A stretch of 42,996 bases of DNA from Porpidia crustulata. Lineage: Eukaryota. The notes beneath the pieces are model-generated. The model had not been told where the DNA came from. It searched no databases and worked only from the letters and a program-made list of their open reading frames with translations. This document shows, piece after piece, positions 1-14,000 of the stretch (the stretch's first letter is position 1; the number at the start of each line of letters is the position of its first letter). Both the position numbers and the translations under genes were made by a program. The DNA is taken from NCBI GenBank assembly GCA_964255105.1, contig CAXUWE010000003.1, forward strand, positions 1 to 42,996, in the 5' to 3' direction.

Positions 1-199
1 ATATACTTGGCTTATATCGGGGAGCATGGCTATAGGGGCTTGGGCTGTGCATCTATCGGGGAGCATGGCTATAGGGGCTTGGGCTGTGCATCTTTTAGCG
101 CTGGGAGGGATGCTGTTCTGATTTCCGTCTTGTGTGTGCAAGGTGGGGGACCGACAGATTTCCGTATGAGATCTGGGTAGTATGGGGGACCATTAAACA
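1..199. mobile_element. Possible LTR end running off the left window edge
   Basis: Non-coding G-rich stretch with an internal tandem repeat, ending ...TTAAACA at 199 (TGTT on the minus strand, LTR-like terminus). No partner LTR, TSD or coding sequence visible. Confidence 0.25.
15..92. repeat. Perfect tandem duplication of a 39-bp unit (TATCGGGGAGCATGGCTATAGGGGCTTGGGCTGTGCATC x2)
   Basis: Read directly: copy 1 at 15-53, copy 2 at 54-92. Confidence 0.95.
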
Positions 200-331
200 A
201 TTGTAATTACAGTGTGATGCACGATCTCTACATTTCAGGAAATTAAGGTGTGTGAGGGCTCAACTGCCTTCAGTGCTGTCGGGGCACAGAGTACACTTAC
301 ACTCCCATTTGCGGCCACATACCTACGCAGC

Positions 332-3300
332 CTATGTTTCAGGAAAGGAAATCGTAGTTTGCCCGCGTTCGGGGTCCCGCATCCTTCATAGAAATTAGCA
401 TAGAGTGCTAAGATAGAGAGAGAATAGACCAACTTGATGATCTTGACATCAGGCCCAGAGTCGACATTGCCCATCGACTGAGGTGTTATAAGGATGAACT
501 GCTTGCCGACAGACTTTCTTGCCGCATTGACCTATGCGAGATTTGAGTCATGCTTCCAAGCTATGAGGTCTAGTGACTTACCATCAATTTCATACTGACA
601 TCTCGATTCACACTGTCCATAAAGACATCGCTGGATTATGTCAGCTTCAAACTTCGTGCAGATACAACCCGAAGGCGACAACATACAACTCATCAAGACA
701 GCGGATAGGCGCGCCCATGGCGTCCCAAAGAGAGAGCAACAGACAAATGGTCGAGAACGATTTCTCTCCACCCGAAAGCGTCTTCGTCTCCCGACCTTGG
801 CCACGCTGGGTGGTCTCGTCTGGCTCGACCTATCACAAAGTTAGAAAAAATGGGCCGCCTTCACGAAGTTGAGGATTGATGTATTACTTGTAGATCGAGC
901 TTCTTCTCTTTGTGGTTCGCTAGCAACCTGCCGCGGAAACTACGTTCACTCAGTAAGTACAGGAATTGAAGTCGGGCACGTGCTGTAATGGCTTTCTGGA
1001 AATATGTCCACCGTTCTTTGCGGTTGACGAGTGTTTGTTTGAGGACCTATCATCCATATCAGCGAAGGCAGGACACATGAAATCGCTCGCGGACGTACCT
1101 GGCCGAGTTGCTCAATTTCTTTAACTTGTTTCTTCGCTTGGGCAAAGGCATTAGCCGCAGCTGCTGCGCTTTCTGCAATCTGCTGCTTATTCCCACCTAT
1201 CCGATTTTCATATTTTTTCAAATCGGCAACGAGTTTACTAAGCTTGTGGTCGATGCTTGTGCAATTTTCGCCAGGATCAACAGACACCCGAGCACATATC
1301 GCGCTCGCCTGCTCGACAAAATCTTTCACCGTTGCAACCTTCTGCTGGCGTTCTTGCTCTTTATCTTGCTTGCGCCTTCGTTCGTCTTCGATGGTCTGCA
1401 CCGTTTTGTTCTTGGCTTGTAACGCAGTCATTCGTTGGATTTCCAAGCTCACCGCTTTACTCTCCGCTTTGAGGACCTTGGCCTCTGCTTCGGCAATCCG
1501 AGTGTCTATCTCCGTCATTTGGTGCCTGCAAGAATTCATCCGCTCGGTGGCCTTGTCAATGGCAATGACAGAATCCTCATAGGAACCTTCGTGTGTGGTC
1601 AATTCCGACCTTGCCTCGGCCAGATACGCTGTCAAAGCGTCTAAGCGGCCTTCTTCGATTGCATCACGATCTAAGGCGTCCTGTAGATCTACCACAATAG
1701 TTTCAGCTCTTTGTAGGTCGATTAGAAGGCGATTCCGCTGTTTTTGATGCCCCCCTATGGCTTGACCGCAGCGGGTCACTTGGTTTTGTTTATCTCTTCT
1801 CTCCTTTTCGAGGTCATTGACTTCAGCCTTGAGGCGTTGGAGTGCATCACGTTGAGATCTATAAGTATTAGTACCGGTCATTTGAGGTACATCGAGGGAA
1901 TTACTCACGCAATTTGATACTCAATGTCCGTCTTCATCCTTGGAACTCCCTGATACTCGGGGATATAATTTTGAGCCAGATTACCACCGTAACCATAATT
2001 TAGTCGAAGTCCAGTTCCTCGCTTATTGTTCTGACTGAATATTTGTTTTACGTTCGTCAATCTAGTAGATTTCATTGCGGCAATCGCCTTACCTCGATCC
2101 TCCATTAAGACGGTCTGCTCAACAGCTTGGTTGATAATTAGTTGCTTCCTCACAAGATCCTGGTCGATCTGATACTGAGTCAGTACTGGAAGAAAAAGCA
2201 TACTACGAGCCAAATACCTCCAGTATCCTGAGCGATGTATCAAATTCGGGGTCTGGCTCATGGCCCGTGGTATCAATTGAGGCATTGTTTCCAATGAGGA
2301 TGGGGCAATGACTGTTAGTGTCAGATTGGAACAAAAATCAGCGAAGGCTACACTAGGCAGCATCTTACCACCCAGTTTTTTGCATTAAGTCCGAGAGTCT
2401 CGCTTGGTCTTGTTTGCTTATTACTACGAAGCTGTTCAGAGCTCCTCCGAAAGACTTTTCGAGGATGCTAGACCACAGAGGCTTCAATAGACGAACATGG
2501 CTTCCTATAGGGCCCACTGGTGGTTGCTGGAAGCCATCGTCCTGTCGTATAGCATTGAGAAGGCGTGGCATAGAAGCTTGATAAGCTCCTTGCCTTTGTC
2601 CGCGGTCGTTCGTTAGAATATTTAGCCGCTGCTCGCTTTGCTGAACGTCGTCTCGTTTTGCTTTCAAGGGCCCATGCGAGCGATCTAACTCGTGTTCAGC
2701 CTGCCTCTTGCTATCTTCAAGCTTGCTCAAGCCTGTGTCGTGCTCCTCCAATTTTGCCCTAGCGTTCACCTCATCGGCTTTCTTTTCTACGAGTTCTTCC
2801 CTTCGCCTAGAATGACTTCCACCATGAATATTATCGAGCCTACGCTCTTCAGCCTCTATGTCAGTTAGACTCTTCTGAATTCTACCTTCAGCAACTTTCA
2901 TGTGGTCCTTGATTTTTCGTTGCTCTGCCTAGGTTCAAAATCAGCACGGCCTTTACAAAAGGTCCAGATAACTTTACCCGAAGACTCAGCGCTTCGGCCT
3001 TGAATGTATCGAATTGGGCCTTGGCATTCTCCTTTTCGTCCACGATTGGAGCTTGTGCGGTTTTGAGGTCTTCTGCTGCAGTTTTGGCATGCTCGTAGGC
3101 TTCATCGGCATTGGAGAATCCCTCCGCAGCCTCAGCCGCCCTGGTTTCCGCTCGTTCAATAATGGCATCCGCCTTGCGAAGATCGGTGTCGTACGAGCGT
3201 ACGTATTGTTCTTGCTCTTCTACTTGAGCCCAAGCCATTTGACACGAATAGTTCTGGATTTTGGCCCGAAGCTTGTCTTGTCTCTCGGAAAGTTCGAGTA

Positions 3301-4272
3301 GTAATCTTGCTTTATGGGCCTCTTCTTCGAATGCCTTTAGATCGGCTGTCTGTTTGAATAGATCCTGGTCAACCTTGTCAATGCTTTGTTCGATTTGTAG
3401 ATAATCTCCGTCAAGGTGCTCTAGCTGGGTTCCCTTCATGAAGAATTTGTATTTCTCCGCTGGCGACGAATTATTCAAAAATTGCCGTGCCATGTCCTGG
3501 GTTAAGACATTCATAGGATTGTCAATCTGAAGAGCAAAATAATCACATATCTCCTCGAGATCACTTTTTCTGGTGGAGATGAGCCTGCCAGTGGATGTTT
3601 TCAGTTTGAAACCACTGCTTCCAGTGCGGGAAAAACTACGTTCGACGATGATAGAGTCCCCATACACTTCGTGCTGATACGCACTACTTGCCGTGTTCTT
3701 AATTCTGACATTTAGCACACATGATCTATATGTATCAGTACCACATCGAGCGTTTCCACTCGATCAACTTACTCCTGCCCTTCCTTTATGAAGCTCTTCA
3801 GACTCTGTCCCCGGTTCGTCGCCGTTGCTTTTCCACCAAGGCATATGGTAATAGCCGTCAAGACTGCGCTCTTCCCGCTCCCATTATGGCCGATTATAAA
3901 GTTGATGAGGGGCCCGAGTGTAACTTCCAGGTAGCCATGGCACATAAAGTTAGTGCAATTGACGGACTCCAGGATACCATTGTCCGCGGGCTCATTGTCT
4001 AATTGCTTCTTGCTTCGCTGCTGTGTAACAAACTGTGTAGCCTTCTGCTCGAACCCCTCCTCGTCAGAGAGTACCTCGGACTCATGGCTATCCGAACTTT
4101 GGTAGGAGGCGCGGGCTTTCTTCCTCTTCAGAAGATCAGTATCTAGCCAAGCAATAGACACACAAAGCCTACTCACCGAATCACGTCGTGAACCTGACGG
4201 GGGGCTGTCGGTACCGGAATCTCCGACATCCTCATCGTCTAGAGGGGGTCGCGAGCGCTTCATTGGCGCCAT
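332..4272 (-). CDS. SMC6: Structural maintenance of chromosomes protein 6 (Smc5/6 complex), multi-exon
   Basis: Walker [22 protein letters not shown] motif, long coiled coils with hinge (PPVGPIG), signature [10 protein letters not shown], Walker B CLDEF|DVFMD across an intron, C-terminal MRDPERGQ with TAG at 332-334. Confidence 0.95.
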
Positions 4273-4407
4273 ATTTTATCAGGAATGGCGGCACTTGCCC
4301 GGACAAACAACAACAGAGCGCTATCAGTCTCATGAGCAACGTAGAAAGATTCTACATACCACGGGTATGATACACATAGCTCACTTTCGGAATACGAATT
4401 TGGGGTG

Positions 4408-4421
4408 ACGCGCAGACGCGT
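4408..4421. promoter_or_regulatory. Tandem MCB-like elements (ACGCG, ACGCGT) upstream of SMC6
   Basis: ACGCG at 4408 and ACGCGT at 4416, about 140 bp upstream of the ATG. MluI cell-cycle boxes are typical of G1/S DNA-metabolism genes in ascomycetes. Confidence 0.5.
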
Positions 4422-4737
4422 TGAGCTAGCGGGCACTTTACCGCTTCTGGCATCAGTCGATTCAATTCTATGCTCTTTTGGAGGCGCCTGTGTACCTATC
4501 AAGTAAAATTACACGTGCGGATCTCTTCGAGTGTCGTAGCATATCCTGATGGAGCTACGATGTCTCTACAAGAACTTCATTTTCTAGGTCCCTTGACGGT
4601 GTAGAAAAACCACCAAACAGTCCTTTTCGATATCTTCCAAAGCTCAAATGCTCCCCAAACATTGATTCATTTCAATAATAGTTGCCTTCAGCTATGGTCC
4701 AAGGATAGAAGGATACCCTTCGGCGTGTTTAGCTTTA

Positions 4738-6955
4738 CTAGCAGTCGTTGAATTTTTGAAACCCATTGTCCCTCACAGCAGCCAGGGCTCGATTGAAAGT
4801 CGCACTCAAATGAGCCGCGTCTTCGAGACCGACGCTCACTCTAATGAGATCAGCTTCCACTCCAAACTGGGCGGCCTACGAATGTCAGAGATTGTAGCGT
4901 TCTTCAGAGCGTTCGACTGACCCATTCAAGCTCCTGGTAGTGGGCTAGTAATACGTATGGTGAACTGATCGTGTCAGTTCGATCTTCGTCAGGACTGTAC
5001 AAGATTCACCTCAACGTAAAATTTGTACCAAGACTAGGACCTTTGGCTGTCTCGAGGTTGTCATAGAATATGATAGCATCCTCAGTGGAATGAAACGTCG
5101 CGGAAAGGAGACCACCATATCCTCCATTAGGATTTCGGCAGTGGTCATAGAATTGGCGAGTTTTATTATACTTGGGATAGTACACCCTTTTGACTGTGTC
5201 TCGGAATCAGCCAGGCTTTCAAAGAATAAATGCTACACCTACCGACTGGAGAAGCGGCAAGGGTCTGGCAAATAGCTTCCGCATTTTTATTTATTCGCTC
5301 TATCCTGGAAACAAAATCTCGACTATTCCTTTCCATGAATATGGCATCTTCAGCCCAATAGTTATCTTCATACTCTCGGTCCATAGTATCCTTGAATTGA
5401 TGGTAGTATTTGCTATTCGGATTGAGTATAGAGCTTGTGAATCGTTAGTATCATTTCTTTCCTTTGCTACTACCTAGTAGGCTCACCAGCCACCCATTAC
5501 ATTGCTATCGCCACTAAAGACTTTGGTCAGACTACTGACGACGATGTCTGCGTAAGGTAGTACGTGGACATTCATGAAATTTCCTATGGTCTCATCAATT
5601 ACAACAGCAAAATCGTAACGGTTGGCCAGGAATCGAATGCGCTCAAGATTGGGTGAAGCCAAAAGCGGGTTGCCAGGAAACTCGCAGAATAGGGCGAGGA
5701 ACTTTTCCCCATTCGTACAACGTTGCTCGAGGTCGTCAAGATCTTTTGAGGAACCGTGTCCGTAAAAGAGACAACCTGGTCCCCACTTTTCTAAGATCTT
5801 CAGGGTATCAATGTACGGAAATCTCGATTGGATTAGCCGGTGCATCCTCGAAAGGGCCCATTTGGAGTTCTCACCCGTAAGAGATACTTTGCATTGCTCC
5901 CCTACAAGCTATCATGATTCTGTGTGTATTAAAGATCGAGCTCATGCCACTCGGCCATAGATAAACATCATCGTCCGAAGTTCTTTGCACCTCTCTACGC
6001 AGCGGGGTTTCTATGACCTCCATTGCCTCATGCAGATCCAAGTTTACAGTCAAAGCACCAGCTATTCGTCTGCGTATAGCCAATTTCGCTTTAGAAGCGA
6101 GGGACATATCGAGATTCCTACCGTAACGCTCCTCTAAAAACTGTACATGTTCCTTGCCACCCAAGCCTTCGGCGGTAGCTGCTATTTTGCCGCCATTCTC
6201 GTGGACTTGGGTTGTGATTTGAGGTTGGCTCGACAGCGTTTCCTTTCGATACCTCCTGGGACCTTTGCGTGATTCGTGATGACTTGTCAAGGGCATTTCT
6301 ACACCTACATCTCTACAATCTTTTGCTGCCAGATAGCCATCGTCAAATGCCTTGTGGCAAAGCTCCGCATAACGACTGGACACACCATCCCCAGAGTGTT
6401 GCCAGAAGGTTTTGGCAATTTTGGAATAATCTTTCGGAAACAATACTGCAGCTATAGAAGGAATAATAACAGTCCCGTTCTCTTTACCAACGACCACGAG
6501 AGGATTCGAGCAAGGGTATAGTTCTAAAATTTTGATGTGCTTCTCTATGTCCAACGCAGGTGCTTGCTGCTTGTAGAATGCCACGCATCTAGCTGCAATG
6601 GTGTAAGATGGGAAGAGATATGCCTGCTCTGTCGAGTCGGCATACCTCTTGACAATAGCACCAGCGAGTCTTGTTATAACACTGTCTACGAAGAACCTGG
6701 ATGCATCTTCAGTAAAAAGCTATTCGCAGCGTAGGCACTGCTACCCTTATGTACCTTGGGTAGCCATTTTTCATTTCACTAATAACCCACTCCTCGCCTT
6801 CCTCATAGCCCACACATGCTTTCCATGTCGGTAAAGATACACTTACAGCCTGAAGGTTTAGATTCAGATAGACAGTTCTTTCCGGGCTATATAAGTGAAG
6901 CAAGACCTACATGTGGGGTATCTGGGGGGATTGTCTGACCAATTACACTAGGCAT
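4738..6955 (-). CDS. Cystathionine gamma-synthase (Str2/MET-7-like, PLP-dependent), multi-exon
   Basis: N-terminus [54 protein letters not shown]-lysine motif [17 protein letters not shown]-terminal [12 protein letters not shown] at 4738-4740. Confidence 0.92.
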
Positions 6956-7353
6956 GCTGGACTGAGACTCTGTAATTATTGCCGCTATCTCCAAACCTCA
7001 AGGTGATGCCTTGTGTAGACAAAGAAGTAAATCATGACTGTTTGTCCATGCGGGTGTAAGAGTCAGCATGGCGAATCCCTGCTATTCTGTACAAGCAGGC
7101 TGTCAAAATTTCGGCACCATGACGCAGGACAAGATTTAGAGTATGCGTTGAGGCTCAAAGTGATCAGCAGTCCGTGCACGACCGTTGACGTGAAAAACCC
7201 TACGCTAAGCTGCTACTCTACCCTTTAGCGAGATCCGCTTTACTACTATGTACTTACGCATTAACTGCCCTGGCCCAATAGTTCACATGAGACCGGTGTT
7301 AAAATCCTTACCATGGCTGAATAGTACCTCTGTAGCACAGAATCCTGCTCGCG

Positions 7354-10300
7354 ATGGCCCCCCATGCGATTAAGAGAAAAAAAGTGGCTCATCCGTCGAG
7401 CTTTGAAAGCGAGGATGGAGGCATACTCGATGCTGGTTCCGTAAGTTCATGTAGTGGCCATGATGCTACTATCGTACAGAAGCAAAGTATTGGTGCATCA
7501 CAGGGTAGCTATGAGAATTCAAGACCCCAGATGGGGATGGCAAATAAATTTGCAAGTAGCGTATATCAGTCCAATACGTTCAAGCTACAGATGGAAGAGA
7601 TGCTTCTCAAAGTCCGTCCTCAATACGGAACGAGGATGACGAAAGTGGACAATGCTTTACGTAAGCTTAAGACTATTATTGAAAGTATACCGGATCGAGA
7701 AGCAGTCACTTTCCAAGAGGCAGAACGCAAAATGCGAAGAGCTTACGTGCGGATTCCTTTCCCAGAGCCGCAGCCAGGTAGTAATGCGAAATATACGCTA
7801 ACCTACACAAAACCTATCAACATCAACGTGGTTGGGAGCTATTCTCGGAGGACTGCTGTAAATTCGAAGGAATCTTTGGTCATTGACCTGGCGGTTACAA
7901 TGCCCTCAAGCATTTTCCAAGAAAAAGACTTTCTAGACTACAGATATTTTCACAAAAGAGCGTATTACCTAGCTTGTATCGCTGCAGGTATTCAGGAGGT
8001 AAACCTCTCGTTACCCCGTCAGCTCCACATTATGCCTCCCCTTACGGACAAATCCTCAATCCTAGATGCCACTAATTTTGTCATAAACTTCGCCTATCAA
8101 GATGACAATTTCTTACAGCCGATTTTGATGATTGACCCAGACCCTCATGGTGGAGTGGACGACTTTACGGAGTCAAGGTGTCGAATCAGAATCATTCTCG
8201 CTGCTAAAGAGGACTTGTTTCCTGCCTCGAAGCTCTTACCTAATAAGGTTTGTATACGAACCAAGAATGACAAGACTTCATCCCTCAAGGCACCAGATTT
8301 ACCCACGCCGCTTTATAACGGAACGCTAAAATCGGATTGCTTGTCTCTGCCTTACTTGAAGCTTTTGCATGCGGCTTCTGCGCACTCTGTCACTTTTCGA
8401 GATGCATGTCTTCTCGGCAGTATATGGCTTCGGCAACGTGGCTATGGTGGAAGCCTTGGAAATGGGGGATTCGGCCAGTTCGAGTTGGCCTGCATGACAG
8501 CCCTTCTGATGCAAAGTGGTGACGCAAAGGGGAGGCCTGTCCTGTCAAGTAGTTACAGCAGTTATCAACTCTTCAAGGCCGTTCTCCAATTCCTGTCTAC
8601 AAGGGACCTAATTGTAGATCCCCTTTGTATTCAATCAAATGGCTTGCGGCTAGTAGATGCCGCGAAACCTGTCTTCTTTGATGGCTTACGGGGACACAAT
8701 ATACTCTTTAAGATGACCACGTGGTCTTATAAGATGGTAGGCTCGAGAATTCCATTATACCCAAACCGTAAGCTGAAAGTCCCTAGCTAAGGCATGATGC
8801 AAGTACCGCGCTCAGAGTATTAAGCCAGGGGCTCACTGACGGGTTTGAGTTGTCCTTCATCACGAAGATCGACAGTCCCTTAAAACGTTTCGACGCGGTT
8901 TTCAAGTATATTGCTATGATATCCCATAGTTGGGACAAAAGCTAACATACACATCAGACTGACTATAAAGCCGTCTTGGACTCCAAAGTTTACTACTCCA
9001 GATTCCGCTGACACCTGCCGGAAATTCTGCCAAGAATTATACAACGCACTGCTCAATGGACTTGGAGACCGTGTGAGCCATGTATATCTTATTTCTACTA
9101 ATACGGCTAAGTGGTCTACGGCACTTAAGAACGAATTTACTCAGTACGGATCAGACATCGTCGTCGGGCTTCTGATCAGTTCCGACCAGGTCAGCCGGAC
9201 GATAGACAAAGGACCCTCGGCAGAAGACAAAAAAGCCGCAGCTGCATTCCGAAACTTCTGGGGCGGGAAAGCGGAGTTGCGTCGTTTCAAAGATGGAAGT
9301 ATTCTAGAGAGCTTGATTTGGGACAATCCGGTGCCGAAGAGCAGTGTCATACAGCAAATTATTCAGTACGTTGTTAGGCGTCATATTGAACCTGACGTTG
9401 CAGAAAGCATCAGATTCTTGGGACTCGATTTGGACCAGTTGAGTCCTGAATCGAGTCTAAGTGATTCTCATTCGATCTCAGATTATCGACCTCTGATGAC
9501 TGCGTTCGAGGCCTTGGAAGAGGAATTGAGGAGTATGGAAGGTTTGCCGCTCCAGATGCGGCAAATCTCTGCAGCAAGCTCGTCCCTACGCTACGCCTCA
9601 CTTGAATTACCGATGTTGCGCGCTGGAGGTTTCAGGACGATACCAGCAGATTTTCACGTACAATTTGAAGGCTCGGCACGATGGCCGGATGACATTTCCG
9701 CTGTCCAAAGAATCAAAGTCGCCTTTCTGCTCAAGATCGAAGAGCTCCTAGAGAAAGCAAGTACTAGGCTGGGCTCACGTCTGGGCTTGGAGAACGAGAC
9801 CAACAAGTATCTCAATATCGCCTTCCTCGACATCCTATCTCCTGATGGCGCCTACTTCCGTATTCGCATCCACCACGAGCGAGAGCTAAGCCTGCTAGAA
9901 CGGCTGCTCAAAGACAAAACTCAGGACCAGAGACAAAGAGAAGAAATCGCGTTCGCAATTTCAGCATACAAGCGCAATTTCGTTCAAAAGCCCCTCCATA
10001 CCCAAGCTATCCGCACACTCAGCACTCGTTTTCCCCTCCTCTCCCCCTTGATGCGTCTCCTGAAACGATGGTGTAATTCGCATCTCCTTTCCCCCCACAT
10101 CACCGACGAGCTCATTGAACTCCTCGCTGTCCGCGCATTCGTGCACCCTTATCCCTATCAAGCACCTGGAAGCTTGAGTACCGCCTTCTTGCGAACACTA
10201 ACGAGCATCTCGAAATGGGATTGGCGCTCCGATCCCCTGATTGTCGATTTCACCGGGGAGATGACGACCATGGATGTCGAAGCTATCAACACGCGCTTTG

Positions 10301-10905
10301 AGGCGTGGAGACACATTGACCCTGGAATGAACCGTATTGTCATGTTTGCTGCGTCAAACGTAGATCCGGATGGTGTGACGTGGACCGAATCGGGGCCGTC
10401 AAAGGTCGTCGCGGCGCGGTTCACGAGCCTGGCGAAAGCAGCCTGCGACGTTGTCAAGGCGCACGGCCTGGAAGTAAATGCGCAAGCGCTGTTTGTACCA
10501 TCATACCAGGAATATGACTTCCTGATTCACTTGGACCTCGGAATCAGCCGACAAGCCCGTGGTCTAGAAAAGCAGCGACCTGCCTTTCGAAACCTTGAGC
10601 TGCAGTTGGTCGAGGATACTACAGTCGCCACACTTGACCCCATCCAACTGTATTTGGACGATCTCTGTGCTATCCATGGGAACAACATTGTGCTCTTCTA
10701 CAATGCTTATCACGGGTCTGTGATCGCTGGGCTGTGGAATCCGCAAACCGGACCGAGACCATGGAGGGTTAATCTGTCGTATTCGACTGTGCCGGGCGGA
10801 GGATCGGGAGACGGAGCGACGATCAGTATCAACAAGACTGGAATCCTGAATGACATTGCAAGGCTAGGCGGAGATATGGTGTCGAAAGTCGTATCCATAC
10901 GATAG
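7354..10905 (+). CDS. UTP22: U3 snoRNP / Nrap family pre-rRNA processing protein Utp22
   Basis: INVVGSY, DLAVTMP, EKDFLDYRYFHKRAYYLA, FWGGKAELRRFKDGSILES, VQFEGSARWPDD, IARLGGDMV; two GT-AG introns near 8.74-8.96 kb. Confidence 0.95.
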
Positions 10906-11080
10906 ACATGTATAGAAGCAAGACATAAGATTATGGGATCTCCATCATTTCGAAGATCCAAATATTAATGGATGGAAGAAAATTACGGTTTGGTATCGAT
11001 GTCTCAATGCGCCCAGCCTCGCTATGCATCACATAAGTACTCCACACGTTTCCCAGCAGTATCAAATTGTGTCCCCACCT

Positions 11081-14000
11081 TCAGTGGTATGTCAATAGCT
11101 TTTCACCAGCTTTTCCCTGTACCTTCTGCGAAGAAAAGGCGCAATACTTGTCTTTGATGGAGACCACTTCGTACACACCTTCGTCTGAAGCTCGGATCGT
11201 CGTAGCATAATCTCGTGAAACTTCGCTTTTAGTTTCTAGCACAATAGACTTCTTCCCCTTCGCAGCATACGTGCTCCGCGTGTACCTGTAATTCTTTAGC
11301 TCGCTTCGAAGGGACCTACTAGCTCAGGACAGACTTACGTGAATTCAAAAGGCGGCGTTCCCCCAAAGTCGAATAGAATTTCAGCCTCTCCACCCTCATG
11401 AATATCAATGACTGCATTTTTACCCTTGCTGACCCTTACGCTAGGCATCTCGTGTATCACCTTGGTGATATCCACTCGCGCTTTGCAAGCATCGGTGCTC
11501 CTTTGATCACTAATACCTGTGATGGTGAACTGACCAGGTTTTTCCGCGATTCGTCGAAAGTTTGTCGTCGGCACCGAGGCCTTCCTGTCTCGACCTTGGA
11601 AGGTGTAGAAGACGTTGAATGGCGGTGTGCCCGACAAGGCGTATGATATCCGATCGCCGACGCAGTAGTCTGTTTGTGCTTCAAGAGGAGAGATACTCGG
11701 AATATCTGCCACGCTGACTTGCACGTGAGGAGCCTCGAACTCCATCTTCCTTTGACATCCACGCGAATCTCGGATTTTGCGTAGCATAACAGCATGAGTA
11801 CCAAGCGCAAGAACCCTGTGCGGAATATGGAATTTGTAATTATTGGACTCGATATTCGGAATATTCACCACCTCGGGTTTTGATGTCGCATGATGCTTGA
11901 TTTCAATTTCCAAGTGGAATGGAGGGAGCCCACTCAAGGTTATCGGAACGACTTCATCGCCAGCTTCTTCTTCCTTGCAATATTTGTACGTCTTCCCAGC
12001 CTCACTGAAACGAGCTGAAGGCTTGGGAAGGACCCGTTGCTCCACGACCAATTGGCGGAACTTCCGGGCGTCGTGGCTGTAGTAACCATCACTAAGCTTA
12101 GTAAACTTGTATTCGTATAGTCCAGGCTGGGAGGTCTCCATTTTGAGGGAGTCGAGCTTGAGGCCAGCAGTGAATTTTTTGGAGCTCATCGATGGTGGAC
12201 CTTGCTCGGGCTTGGAATGTTGGTTGTACTCGAATGAAAACGGCGGTGTCCCGGTGAAGGAGATGTCCGTTGCGTCTTCGTCGCCTTCACATACGTCCTT
12301 CTTCACGTAATTGTCCTGGGACTTCTTTCGTGTGACTAGTGCACTGGCGGCCACATCCATACTGGGCCTTGAAATCCAACGCACCACAAATTGCGCGGCA
12401 GATTCTTCCACGGAGCCTGGACATGTTGCGTCATCTACACCAACTAGCTCGTACGTACCCTCTGAATCAACTTCAATGTGATCGTTGGTGTGTGAAAGCC
12501 TATTTGCCAAAACTTCCCCACTTGAGTCATTGAGGTTGCGGTATTTTATAGTCCACGGTCGTTCTCCTTGGAGTCTAAGAGGCAACTCAATCTTCTTACC
12601 TTCTAAAGCCAAGATATCTCGTTTGCTCTCAATCTTCCCGAAAGACACTTTGGGTCGCTGAAGATTCACACTAATCTTGGCTTCCTGCTCCAAGAAGATT
12701 TTACATCCAGACCTATCGGTCACAGCAGTGAGAGCCATAGTGTATTCTCCACCCTTCGTCAACTTCTCGGTGGTGACTGCATAAACATTTTGAAGTAGGT
12801 CCTCGACTGTGTATTTCTTCCGTCGGCCGTTATGAATGATCTCGTATTCAAGTTTCCAAGGAGGCTCTCCCAGCAAAGAAATAGCTAAGGAAAACGATTC
12901 CTCAATACATGCATACCACACAGGCTCGTGTTCCAGAAATCGAGCTGAGGCTGGGGGCTTAACATCTTGCTGTAATCTAAGACTCCCTGAGACCAATGGA
13001 CGAGGTTCCCGATATACGGCGTCTGTAATGTGGGTAAATTCGTAGGTATAATGACCTGCTCTAGGAGGCGTGAAACTCATCTGACCATTGAGCTTTTCAA
13101 AATTTTCGACTTTTCTGTGAATGTTCTTTTCGTCTCCGCGACGCACAGTATATTGTACTCGGAAGGGAGGAGTCCCAGTCAGATCTAAATCAACCAAGAG
13201 GCCGATCGAATTCCCGGCACATCTATCAGGAATCCGTTCGGATCTTATTTCTACATTTGGCTCGGGAGGATTTATGAGCTGACAAGAAGATGGTTCCAAG
13301 ACTTCACCGTTGCACCATTGGCTTCTCACAGAAAGTAAAGTATACAGTCCAGGCTCCACTATTTCGATCCCCTGGCCACTGTTTTTGACGATTACTTCGG
13401 TTGTCGTCACCTCTGTGGACTCCTGCGATCCTGGTAGTATTCTTTCTGGAGGTGTGAACACATAGGAAGCTGCGTATGGCGATTCTTCAAGTCCACTGGG
13501 TCCAGTTGAGCTGATATGCATTGGTAGTAATCTGGACTTTCCCTTTGGAATCTTAAGGGGGTGCTGCGAATCACATCCGTGCAGCGCAATTTTCGGCCGT
13601 TCGTGGACAGAGAATACCTGTGCCGGAGGGTTAGACGTCAAATACCTATGCCGGTTTGGTTGCTCTGACTTAGAATCGGTATACGTGATGATATTACCGC
13701 AGGCGTCTTGCACCTCATCAATCGTGTAACGCCATCCTCCACTTACACCGAGAGATTCATTGAGGGGGTTCTGTATAGTCTGGGCACGAGCCCAGGAAAC
13801 ATCGGTCCTTGCAGACGGGTCTAGCGTAACGAGTGCACCTGAGGTCCTTTGCCGCACAAGGGGTGAGACCAGATTCTCAGGATGTATACTAAGAGTAGCT
13901 TCACCGGTGTTCTCTTGATTCACCATCCGACTGTATTTGACCTTTAGCGGCGGCGTACCCTTAACTTCCAGGTAAAAATCCGATAGATCACCTTTACATT

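Noticed and set aside
15..92. CRISPR-like array
   Set aside because: Two adjacent copies with no spacer, in a eukaryotic genome.
235..474. ORF-track end of SMC6 at 235
   Set aside because: It reads through an intron; the spliced last exon (MRDPERGQ) stops at 332-334.
7050..7130. CYS3/MetR-like sulfur-regulatory sites upstream of cystathionine gamma-synthase
   Set aside because: Only partial matches (ATGGCGAAT, ATGACGCA) that could occur by chance.
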